Assembly: GCA_051362555.1 (NCBI GenBank)
Contig: CM120640.1
Coordinates: 40,030,788 to 40,094,787, forward strand
DNA: 64,000 bases
Reading direction: 5' to 3'
DNA from: Lingula anatina
Taxonomy: Eukaryota > Animalia > Brachiopoda
Below are positions 25,354 through 37,798 of this stretch, in pieces (positions within the stretch are counted from its first letter, which is position 1; every line of letters starts with the position of its first letter). The notes beneath the pieces are model-generated. The model ran no database searches, had not been told where the DNA came from, and saw nothing but the letters and a program-made list of their open reading frames with translations. A program made the translations under genes and the position numbers.

Positions 25354-28300
25354 TCTAAGGCCATATATTATTAGAGTTATACATATACCTGGGCTCATGT
25401 GTGCCTGTACAACTCTAACGCAAGTAGTCCATAATAATAGCTACACCATGGAGACATCGGTTATACTTGTATAGCAGTCCATTTTCTTGGGTATATTTCA
25501 TTTCCAAAAGCCGTTAAGGTAATGTTTGACGAAAAACTTAAACAGATATAACATTTTGCTATAACCTGTGTATATGTGCATGTAACTTAACAAGTGTTAA
25601 TAAAACGCGCTGTTAAAAGGTTAAGATGTGTCAGCTAAATATTTACGAAATAAATTGATCGGAATCTAAATGAGCAAAAAGAAATTTTGTCGATCAGTTC
25701 TTCCAATGCAAACTTGCCGTGTTTGTTGGCCTCAAATCAATAGAACTTGAAAATATTCTAATAAGCAAACAGAAGTAAGGGAAAGATGAGCAATTCGTCA
25801 ATATGGCTACTAATTAGGTTGGTAGCAACAAAGTCCCTTGGTGCCTTTACTTTACGTGCCGTAACTAAGCGTCTAAAAAAGAAACATTGATTCAAAATCG
25901 TTTTTCATCACCGGGTGTAAAACAAACACTTAAAAATATATATTTACATGACGCTCTTTCTCAAAACTAACATTGATCGGATTTTTGCGTGTATGTATAG
26001 GCTTAGCAATTGGACGGATGTTGCTTGACCGATGGTATAAATAAGCTTGGAGTGAACGTCAGGGAAATATATTCAAGGTTTTCAGCTAGATGAATGGCTA
26101 TTGACATTAAACAGATAAATCAAAGTATGAATAAATAAATAATGAATTAATTATCACAAGGTGAGTGCATGATTAAAAGAACGAGTCGACTAACAAATGA
26201 ACCATCAATTTCAAGGTAAGCTATCCGTGTTTGAAAATGCGCCAAAGTCTATTTCCTATTTCTACAAATCCTCCAGAGCTACTTATCTTCCTCAGTTCAG
26301 ACCTTTAAATACAATAAACCCCCTCAAATGAAAGTACCTGATGTCGATATTTCTTTCTGAAATGTATAGGAAGACATGGCTGTCCAAGTGCCTAACCAGT
26401 CATTTACATGTAGAACTAAATTGTTCAATTTTAGAAATGGTATAAGCCATCGAATCCAATTGCATCGACTAATGGTTCGTGAATAGGAAGAATTTGCTTT
26501 TTTCTTCAGATGCAAATCCCGGATAGAATACCATAAATAAGTGAATTATTTTGTGATTTTATAGAAATAAAATGAACAGCAGGTTATTTTGCGAGACGAC
26601 ATTTACTCACCTTCTTCTTAAACACTTGACTTTCATCTCTTAAACTATAACTTCTATTTTCACATGGGAACTGTATGAACGCCCGGTGGTAGCATTCATT
26701 TTGAATACGTTATTAGAATGAATTACCGGAACCTACCTTTTATTTGTGGGGTGGGATTAGGGGTGGGATTGTTATTGACAGTCAGACTTTTTCTTTTTTC
26801 CATCATGTAGAAATCCCTTCCTTTACCCCCAGTCAGCGTGGAGAGGAGTTCCACATTGGTACAAAAATGCAAATGGCATGAATTGAAGGCCTTCAATAGC
26901 CCTCTCCAAGCATTTTTCTCAGCCTATAACTCTGGACTGCACAATCTGTTGGATTACTAACAGATATTAAGAACCCTGGATATAGTTCATCAGTTATTAC
27001 AGATACTCTGCAGGGGGTACATGCACCTTCAAAGTCAGTCCTGCAGTTTCGTATCTAATTGTTTTTTCTCTCCCTATTGTATTTCAGTTGTTTACGTGAA
27101 TTATGTATGTGCTTTTGCTTATTCAAACAGACTGCGTTTCTCATTTAAGAAAGTTGATTTGAATTTCTTGCTGATTTGATTGAATTTACAATAAGTAAGC
27201 AGTCTAACATTAACTTCTTTTGCAAATAACATTTAGGAAAAAATACGGCCAGGACACGACGTGATGCACCGTAATGAACACTGTCGCCCGGTCTAATCAA
27301 TATAATAACTAACTTTCACTTTATATTTTCAGACGTATCAGTAATCAAGTAACCGCTACAGTGAATGTACAAAGGGAAAATACAATTTTCATGCCATTAC
27401 CATGATAGACTAAATTTCTTTATTCTAATAGTATTGTTGCCATGAAGCATTCCGTTGCCAAATAGGTCGTTTGTTGGTGTCCTGGAGGTGTCGATTTTGC
27501 TTTCGGAGATGCGCTTGGGAAATCATTATATTGCGATTTTCAGTCCAAATTACAATCAAGCACTATGTCCCGTGTCTATCAAATAGTCTATATGTTCTAT
27601 TTGTTTCCGGCCCTGGTTCGGTATCATTTCTAATTCTAATTTTGGCTCATCTTGCCATGGTCTTTTCGTAACGTGATTAGATAGTGGCGGCGAGACGAAT
27701 CGCGAAATGCATGTAATAACTGCCATTTTAAAAGCCAGTCGTATGTCCCAAGAGTTTCAGTGCTTTAGTAATCAACCTTGCATGCCGTACATTGAAGTTT
27801 GCGTGCACCCAGAGAATGTTAATACTTAATCTTCGAGTGCATTTTCCCAAATGTGATATGGACAGCAGGTGTTAGAATTAACTTTGGTCGTTTCATGCGT
27901 GGAAAGGTATTGCCATAGATTTAATCGGGTTAGCTCCGCCTAAGAAGGAGTTATGTAGGCAAAAAGTTGTCCAGGCACCTTTTACTTGATTTTCAAGATC
28001 ACCAATGTCTATCTGATAACATTCAAAGATTTGCCAGTCTGTTTCTCTGTGTGTGTTTATATACCAGTAGCTTTAATTTTAGGGCTATTCTTCATTTACT
28101 TGTGCAAGTGTATTTCTGTTGACTTGGTATTTGATTTTGAATATTATACAAGCTTAAAGCCTAAAATGAATAAATACCCTCTCAACTAAAGTTTTTCTTT
28201 CATTGTTTTCACGAATACTTCTAGCGAAAAAGACTGACGATCTTCTCAAAGCAATAATTTAATATAGGCACAAAACTAAATGCCTATTAAGAGAAAATAA

Positions 28301-28957
28301 AGTAAAATCTTCGGTCGTCGCGTTTTCTCATCCGAAAAAGAAACAAAAATGTTTATATCAGAATTAAAAGTTTCATAACAGTACCAAGTAGAAATATATG
28401 CTGCATCTTAAATTCACGCTAACCATGGCAATCCACATTTTGTACTCATGCCCATTGCTATATTACCGTTACAACCCATCTTTCAGAAAGTACAAATTTC
28501 GTTGGACATCTGCTCGGAATTATTGGCACGCTTAAAAGCCATTGGCAGTTAAGCCATCAGGAGTTATGGAAGACTTCTTGGATAGGACTGATTGATTAAT
28601 GAATGAATTCGATGCAATTGGCCCTGTAAACCTAAGGTTGAGACCAGTGTAGACTGCTACGGTTGAGTTGTGTACTTTTGGTTCAGAAAAACACAGTACA
28701 TTGAGAATGTTTGATATTTGAGTGTGTAGAAGAGCGTGTTTAACTATAAGTTATTGCAGCAATTTATGGTTTGATATAACGTATGCCATTGTTACACGTG
28801 TTGCATATTCTAATCTCGACGCCGACTGTCAATCTGTTAGCCTAATGTTTCCCACTGCAGTAATAAACTCAGATTAGGTATCAAATTATACTGCCTTATT
28901 ACGTTGTATTAGTTGTATTGTGTACTTTTTGTGACATTAACCGCCGCGCATATACGC

Positions 28958-28958
<1 letters not shown>

Positions 28959-29015
<57 letters not shown>
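28959..29015. repeat. 57-nt poly-T tract
   Basis: Directly visible. Confidence 0.95.
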
Positions 29016-29016
<1 letters not shown>

Positions 29017-32000
29017 AAGTTGACAAGTTATCTAGAGGTTAAATTTTTCGTCATTATGATTTTGAAATATCTGGTCTCGATGCTCGCCACATTTTACCTT
29101 GACGTACTGGCATGACTTCCAACACCTATTGCATAGCTGCAAAATAACCCATGTTGAAATCTGGCTTCTAAATGCCGTATGAGGATGACGGAATTGCCAT
29201 ATCATATGTTATTTTCTTCATCATAAGTAAAACCAGAACTGGGACAAACACAATAAGCAAAGGCCATCACAATGAGAACCTTATTAGCAACCAAGAATAT
29301 ACCTTACCTTTAGGTTAAATTCCGCAGATATTCCGTTACTTCGATAGCTATTCATACCATGTATAACATACGTCAAAACCTAAACCAACTATCCCCGCCA
29401 AACCGATCTTTCAAATGTCACTCTGATGGGACGTTATTCGTGAATCAAGAAAAACATAAACACGCGCGCACACATGCCAACGAGTATGTATACAGACACA
29501 CTTTACGTTCATTTCGCTTCTCTTTCTTTTAGGTACCATGTGCCAATCGCATGTAAACCATCGATATGCCTACCGGATGGTTTTGTATAGATCGACGCTC
29601 CATTATCGGCTTTAACAAGCAGTAATATACCGGTATATCATGCAGTAATGTGCTCGGTCCCTTGATAAAACATTACAACAATAAAAACATCAGCGTATAT
29701 ATTCCATACCAACCTAGCATTGGACCATACCACAAAAAGTGAATATTATAGTCACGCACACATTTTTAGTTTCGCACACATTATGTGTAATATTTCCACA
29801 AGCCTTTTATATAACTTTTCAATAAGTGCTGATTCAGTCCTATATTGGAAGGTTTCTTTAGTATAAGGCATAAAAATAATGGAATTAATTAAAGTTTATG
29901 CGTGCGTCACTATATCATTCAAAGGTCCACTTTCTGTGTACTAGAGCTGCATGTAGAAATGACCATACTGTTTTCTGGACGCTCAACTTTTCTGATCGCG
30001 GCAATGAATCGTAGACATTGACATATATCCCGAAAAACATTTTATTCATTCTTATCATGAAGATAATGAATAAGCAGTGGGTATGCAGTATGTGTTTGAA
30101 AATTAATTGGAATCAAAAGTACAATACTTGATTGCTTCAAAATAATGTGGAGCCGGTGCGATTGAGTACTTGCATATACATGTACCTACATGTAGGGAAG
30201 GAATTCGGATGCAACTCCTCAAAATATTACGTTGGGGATACGTGCGAACGTTTCTAGGAATTGACAAGTGTGGGGAATAAAACACTTGGTGTCTAGCCGA
30301 GGTTATGGAAACAATCGAAATTAGTGAAAGTATCGTCAATATACATGTAGTATACATGCATTTGGAACTCTCGTCATCTCACGCGAGAAAATAATTATCG
30401 CTGTCAATAGACAGTGACGTAAGAAGTGATAATGGGTCAAGAACGTTGAGTGTGTCTGTTTAATATCAATGCGCTTCGCTGTATATGTTATCTAAGTAGC
30501 CAATGTTCTTGTGCAAAGAATAGGATGCATAACAGCACACTTCATAGTACATAACAAAAATAAACCTATCAATAATGTTCACAGCCTACTAGTACACATA
30601 CATTTTGTCAAATATATTGCAATAAAAATGTAAATATGTTGTTATTTGCTTTCAATATCCTGAAAACTGGCCTGAACGTCGATAAAACTATGCTTTCTGA
30701 CATTCACCATTTACATGTACTGGGTATATTAATTTAACTCCAACTGCAGAGAGATCGACCTACGTTGTGAGATACGCAATCTAGATTGTGAGCGCTCCTT
30801 TCTGGTAAAAATTCCAGCCTTCTGTCTCAGGTGTCATAACCTTATATCGATGTTTCGATCGCCAAATTAATGACTTGGAACCTTACTTTCGTATCATCAT
30901 TGTATCGGTACTGAGTGCAGCAATTTTGGAAGGCCTATACAGTTTGTACCTCGAAACTTTTAATAAAAGGAATCGGTAGACGAACTATGTAAGAAGTATA
31001 TTTGCATATAAAGTTACATTTATCTTTATTTAAAATATTAATAAAATGTCAAGTGGCAGTATTATCTAGATTTAACTTTTTTAGATTCATTAAGCACGTC
31101 TAGTCGGAGTTGCTGCAAGGTTCAACCAAAAGTAAATTACAATTGAACATCGTCCGACAAACTTTAATTTAAAATGGTTGACCTTCAGTAATATGCGGAG
31201 ATCTGTATTAGGCATATAGTCTAAAGAATCAAGCAGATATCAACCTTTCCAGGCACTGCAAAATGGATATTGATGAAAATATCTTGAGAAAAATCACATT
31301 TTCCCACAAGAACATTCCACCAATATCTGTTTTGTTTCAGTCGTTTTCGTGTATATCATGTTGATTTCTTTTGAACATTATTTTAAAAATTATTCTTAAA
31401 GAAGATTTGAGTTTCAATAAATAAAAGTTACACATGTTTTTGTTGTCGATCAGTGTATAGTCTTTATGCACAAATGTTGACTTCGGACTGGTTGTTCACG
31501 TGGAAAACATTACATGAATACCCAGCTAATAGGTCGACGACCGCATCCGTTGGAAATTAAATCTGAATTACTTTCCCACGCGCTCGTTATATGTGGTTGA
31601 GATAATGAACTCTGTTTTGTTCTCATGATATAATTGTGCGTGATATAAACCTTAAGCTATATGCATTAGCACTGTGTCCCAGAACAAAATAGCAACCCAG
31701 ACAGCCTCAGTGATCTGGCCCATGTCTGGCCCAGATCTGGCAACGTCTGGCAATGTCTGGCAAAAGGTATGGCTTGCCACATGTGGGCCAGATGTGGCAA
31801 TGTTTGGGCCAGATCTGGCCCAGACATTGCCACATCTGGCCCAGTCCACATTTGCTCATATGGCCAGATGTCGGCCCAGATCTGGCAATATCTGGCAAAT
31901 GTATGGCATGCCAGATGTGGGCCAGATGTGGGCCAGATCATATTCAAATGGGCCAGATTAGGGCCAGACATGGACCACATATGGCCCAGAATGTTTTTTT

Positions 32001-32690
32001 TTTTTTAATTATTTTTAATTATTCAATAAGATTACTATAAAAAAGACATACAAGATTCAAGATTCAAGTATTTATTCTGTGCTAAAACCCTAAACAAAAT
32101 TATTACACATTATATAACCTTGCTGGCAACTAACATGTAACAAATTAAGGGTCACTCCTTGTCTTTTTGTACAAAACAATGTATATTTGAAAAAAAAAAA
32201 AAACTACACTGCAAAAAGGTAAATATACAGACACTTAACAGGAGGAAATGTCACTTACATACATGTAAAGAAAACAGTTATAAGAACAATTTTTTTTTTC
32301 AACACAAAGCTGCTCATCGAATCTGAATTAACACAAATTACAAAAATTGTAATTAATTATGCATGTACATGGGGGAGGGGTTTGAGATATTTTTGCACAC
32401 ATTGTCATTTTTAAACTAATTCAAACATATCATTAATAATAATAATCACTAATGAATGTAGTTTTGTAATGAATAAATCTTGAATAATGAATGAAAAAAC
32501 ATTGTTTTTTTAGATGATGGTGAGTTATAACAAAATTATAAATAACCATGCAGTAACTGTAATTCAACTTGCATGCTGGCTACAGTACTGTACATACATG
32601 TAAATTCTGAAAAAAAAAATATGTATACTCCAGCACAGATATAGATGTACAATTCAAAGAGAATTACATGTGCACAAAAACAAACCCCAG

Positions 32691-34140
32691 TATCAATGCT
32701 TTTGAATTAAATCACATCATGAATCAAATCACTCAATGAATTGAACCAGTTTGCAATGTTTGCGCTTTTTTCAAATCCATAACACTAAGAAATGATACAT
32801 CCGGCTCCTTGACAAGCTTATAATTATTAATGGAATCAACAATATGGAACAAGTAACTCTACCAAGTTAACAACAGTTCATTCAAATGTCAAGTCAAAAC
32901 ACAACATCCCTTCCTTTCTTGGACAGAAACGGTCCTTTCAAAACATGTTTATTGACAGTTCAGTCTTTAAAATGTCCTTTCAAACATTTGCAGAATAGCA
33001 TATGAACTCCAACTTTTATTCCTTAAACCACACTGAAAATTCTCAAAACTTATCAACTCATATCAAATCCCATGTCCTTTCACTACTACTGGTCTCTTCC
33101 TTTATGTCACATTCAAATGTTCCCTTCACTTTTAAAGGTTTCTCAGACGTGTATGAATAATACTGTTTGTTTTCTAGTCCTCCACAAGAGCCACATTTAT
33201 TTTTCTTGGATTTCAGCATTCTCCATGTATTTTCATCAATGATATTACAATATGCACCTGAATCTGGTAATACACAGATTAACACCGCCTCTATTTCCTC
33301 CATGTCTTCTGTGTATATTGCATTGGTTCCCACACCAAATGTATATGCACTCCTGGATTATCATGTTCAAAGCTGTCATTTACATGAATAATAGTTTCAG
33401 TTTTGCAGACTTTTGCAAAGTGATCCAACGTTCCATGTTTTCTCAGTCAGGGCGTTTCTACTTCGTTTTTCATGTCTAAACTCGTAATGTTTAGACTGGC
33501 TTGGTTTGTCAAATGACTTCGGTTTCATCATACTCACAGTTTCTGGTGTTCCAATTTCATTCAAAGCGTTAACTGTCTAATGTATATTCATGTTTCTAAC
33601 CTGTGTTTGGGAGAGTCCTGAAAATATCTTGTACATCTGTTATGTTGAATGCAACATAAGCGCGCGTCTCCTCTGTCATGTATTTTTAATTTTCTATCTT
33701 TGTTCATTATTCATGCCGTCCGTTGGTTTTGAAAAGATCAATCTTTTCCGTCAGCGAAGAGGTTAAAACTGTCTAGCCATCGCGTCGAGCGTGACCCTAA
33801 TGTCTCCGGACTTCTGTACGGTTCGAATTCCGTAATTTCACATTTTTCCTCCATTTTTTCAAAGAAAGTTGGCTCACAGTTTTGCACTAGTGTTAATCCT
33901 CGTCGCCAGTGTTGATGCCTTCGAAATAAATCGCATCACGAATCAAATCACTCAACGAATTGTATCAGTTTGATACGCTTGTGCTTTTTTCATATCCATA
34001 ACTCTAAGAAACGCTACATCCGGGTCCTTGACCGGCTTAGCATAAAAAGCGGAATCTCACAACAGCGGAACGAGTAGTTCAAAAAAGTTTTAGAACAGTG
34101 AATTCATTCAAATGTCAAGTCAAATTAAACAAATAGCACA
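32691..34140 (-). mobile_element. Internally deleted Gypsy-type LTR retroelement (~1.45 kb) nested in the CCCAG element
   Basis: Diverged direct repeats 33910-~34140 (5' LTR) and 32691-32906 (3' LTR). PBS TGGCGACGAGGAT at 33908-33896 is complementary to a tRNA-Ser(GCT)-type 3' end. PPT AAGAAAGGAAGGGA at 32920-32907 abuts TGTTG. Confidence 0.85.
33058..33333 (-). pseudogene. Retropepsin (aspartic protease) remnant of the LTR element
   Basis: VLPDSGAYCNIIDENTW...YSYTSEKPLKVKGTF carries the D-S-G catalytic motif in a Gypsy protease context. Confidence 0.75.
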
Positions 34141-37100
34141 CTTATGAGGGGACTTTGAAGAAAAGAGAGAGAGATAAATTAAATCAAAATTTATCAAATG
34201 ACGTCAGTTCAATGCATTCAGCTCACTGGTCAATAAAAAATAAATAAATAGAAAATAAAAATTGAAAATGAAAGTACCATATCTGGCCCAAGTCTGGGCA
34301 GCATCTGGCAAAATGTGGCATAAATGCCAGACTTTGCCAGACTTGGCCCAGATCTGGCAAGTGTCTGGCAAAATGTGGCATAAATGCCAGACTTTGCCAG
34401 ACTTGGCCCAGATCTGGCAAGTGTCTGGCAAAATCTGGCCCAGATATTGCCAGACGTTGCCAGATCTGGGCCAGACGTGGGCCAGATTACTGAGGCTGTC
34501 TGGGAAGCTGTTTACAAACGACCTTTCTAGATGGCGACAACGGATTTTGAAATACATCGAACTACATGTAGCTGCGAGGGGGTGCTATACTATATACAGT
34601 GGTGTACACACAGATCATTAAACTTCGATAAAGCCTAGACATGCTAAAAGTTACATTTTATCCGTGTGGAGGAACAAACCTGAAACTTATCACTTCTCCG
34701 CCATCTTACATCAGTAACAAGGATAGATTACGTCATGTCCGTCGTAAATATCGTGTATATATCATTTTGAGGTCAATCGTAAGACGATATGCTATCAAAT
34801 GCTACTTCAGTCCCTTCGACAGGGGCTTCGAAAGAACCGCTCTTTTGGATGGGAAAGGTCCACCCTGAATACAAAGAAAATTGATTTACCGGTAGGTTCC
34901 ATGCCTTTTTAAATAAGCAAATAAAATAAGCACGTAGGTTTCATAGTAAAAAGGTCTATTTTTCAGCAAAGATCACCCTATGAAATTGCTGCCTTCAGAC
35001 ATGTGTTTTACCACTTACTACTACTTACATTTTGATTGAGGACCTATAGGCAGTGAAACGGCTATCAACCATGCTTGGTAGTCTGTGCAATCTTTCATAT
35101 TTAGCAGACCACTGTTTTTTCACTTAATTAACTTAGGCAATTACGTAACAGGGAGTTGAATATTTTCTGAAGCTAAATAAATTTAAAATCTCAATTAAGT
35201 TTAAATCGCCCTGGACGTTACAACCGACTAAAGAAGGCACTTAAAAGTGGCGCCGTTTGGCTTATTTTTAAAATATGCATAAACTTACAACGCAATATCG
35301 AATTGAAAAGGAGCCTTTTTTTTTTAATTTCATGCGATCAGAAATGAAACCAATGTAACATGTCTTAAAGAATACCTGCATATATGTCTATCGGGGGCGA
35401 CTTTATCACAGGCGAGGTGGCTTCTCTCGATGCAGTGGACCTGGCTTATATGACACTGTTACACTCGCTGTAACTCGTAATCTGTGGCTCATCGCAGAAA
35501 TCCAATACCTTTATACAGACGTCCAATTTGTCAGTCGCTCATATATAATAAAGCAGCCAATCTTTCATATTTGACATCTAGGGACAAGATATAAGCCTGA
35601 TACCCTGGCAAATGACATTATAAGTCTTAATCCATAGCAATCTCTGAGTTCTGGTCTATACTGCAAAAATCACCCGTTCTTACTAGGAATTAGTGACTCA
35701 TCAACAGCATGCTAGTAATGGCGCTCAGGTTTGTTAGTTAGGCTACTTTTCTAATATAAGCTAGGCAATACGTCAGATTTGACAAAGTCATTTGAGATAT
35801 AGAACCTATACCCTGGACACAGAAATCAGATGATTTAACCCACTGAAACTTAATATCTGCCATGAATAAAATATTTCTATGATACCAACAATTTCCTCTC
35901 AACTAAACTAACATTCCGCAGTTGGGTGTCGGTATTTGTCAAATAGTTTAAGTGGAATACTTAATTGATAAAGTCCGTTGTTAAGAAACCACAGAGAGGC
36001 ACTATCACACCAGAGCACATTCGTTTCTACCAACATATTTCTGTTTAAGTAATGTTTCAGTCTATGTCTCTCTTAAAGTGATTTTTAAGTTTCGCTTGTA
36101 TTAAAATCTATAGCGCTCCTATTGTGTTTAATGGCGGCTTTTTGTTTTTGTTTTTTCCCATGGCCAGTACCCTATGTAGAATGTCTTTCAGTTTTTTCAT
36201 GTCTTTAACACTTCATGACAATTACCCAGTTTTATTGAGTATTCCTTGTCAAGGATGCATTAATCACGGAGGTGGGTTGTTATGTTAAAAACAAGTGCAT
36301 ATGTATATAATTAATTTATTAGTAAAACTATTATATGCATCATTATTAGTCTTAGCTAAGTCGATACACAAGCACACATATATGCATATATAGATACTGG
36401 GTAGATGTATATAGTACAAAATAATCACAAAAAAATATACTCCGTCTCTTTTTCTCATACATATTTCTGGATACTATTCCAATACAGTGTAAGTATCACA
36501 GTCTATGGCATTTGAATGTACGGGGCGAGCATTCGTCTTTTTAAGCCTCGCAGTGCTTTCTTGGCAGTCTGAATGTGTTCAAAATAAGATTGTGGCGATT
36601 TTACTCTTATCGGTATCACCTTGTCACTGGCAGTTTTGCAACCAACGAATGAATTCCCACTTTTTTCCCATTGGTTACCATTTAATGTCGTCTATAGATA
36701 AACAGTATGTGCGTCAACTGCCTTCAGACATTTAACTTGTGTAAGCTATATACAAGTATAGTACATTTGAGAGGCACACAATTGGATATTAGTCATATAC
36801 CTGATGTCGATGATCTTTGGATCTAGAGGTAAACACGCATAAATACAGACATTAGAGACTGCATATAGATGTGGTAGCAATCTGAAACCATCTGCAATCT
36901 CTCTGCGCGCGTGCGCGCACGTGTTAAATGCATGTGTATTTAAAGTACAGAAAATAAACTTTTTCTGACATATGTGTTTGTGAGTTGAATTGTATAGCAT
37001 CACCGAAAGAACGTAGTAAAAATAAGTTTTCATCAGGGATGTGAACGTTCTTCCTGTTTTATCTTGCGTGTTGTAGGCATACGAGCTGATACTTGTATCT

Positions 37101-37477
37101 TCTCCGAATATAGATGAGACTCTTGATTATACATGTATGGGACGTTATATTACAGTTCCCTTAATGTTTTTACACTCAGTGGCCAAAATGCTTATATGTA
37201 CACGTACTTAGTTATGAAATATGTACATGTAATTCCCGATAACCTCCTGCCTCGCCCATGGGACTTTTAAGTAATTACAAATAATTCTTAAAAGAATGAT
37301 TTGATCCTCAGGATGTGTCTGGTAATCCTCCATTCTCTGATGTAGGCCTATGCGGGGGAATTGGGGTGGGGGAGATAAGTGTATAAGACGTTTATATTTT
37401 TTTTAACATCTCGATTCCTTACAAATGAACATGTGTATTCTCAGAATTTTGGATATCCCTCTAACACTTTGATGTTT

Positions 37478-37482
37478 TGTGT

Positions 37483-37513
<31 letters not shown>

Positions 37514-37514
37514 G
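37478..37514. repeat. (GT)n plus poly-G just downstream of the gene A stop codon
   Basis: Directly visible; within the presumed 3' UTR. Confidence 0.9.
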
Positions 37515-37575
37515 TCTACGTGTAATATAGTTTTGAAACAGAAAAGACCATATTTGCTTGCGGGTGTCTATCTTA

Positions 37576-37798
37576 TCACATGCGTGTGTCTACTGTCGAA
37601 CCGTCGGGTTCATATGAATCGTTAATGTAACCATTTTTAGTGGGCAACCCAAATCCGGTATCAGTCGCATTCCCCGCTTCAGCAGCCTCCGCCTCTTCAA
37701 TTGCGTCCATTTTGTTCAAGTCATGACGGGATAGATGTCCTACTATTCCAGCGCCAAAGGCGTCTCCCAACACATTAACGCTTGTTCGCAGTCGATCC
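37576..37798 (-). CDS. SLC1A: Gene A exon 8 (TM8, C-terminus)
   Basis: [24 protein letters not shown]...VDTRM then stop. Confidence 0.95.

Larger units (their letters stand above)
31696..34504. mobile_element. Non-autonomous EnSpm/CACTA-like element with CCCAG termini and AA TSD
   Basis: AA|CCCAGACAGCCTCAGT...ACTGAGGCTGTCTGGG|AA; subterminal arrays of ~11-nt GCCAGATCTGG units at 31710-31990 and 34280-34490, including a 60-nt exact duplication at ~34303-34435. Confidence 0.88.

Noticed and set aside
26600-26660. Strong - strand donor AAG|GTGAGT
   Set aside because: No good acceptor or partner exons.
26324-27200. Possible LINE ORF2 3' remnants on both strands
   Set aside because: Similarity too weak to call without a search.
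31652-32040. Six overlapping ORFs with WARSGP/LPDLAQ-type repeats (also 34204-34621)
   Set aside because: They are translations of the 11-nt subterminal repeats of the CCCAG element and are open in all frames; not a repeat protein, and not CRISPR (no unique spacers).
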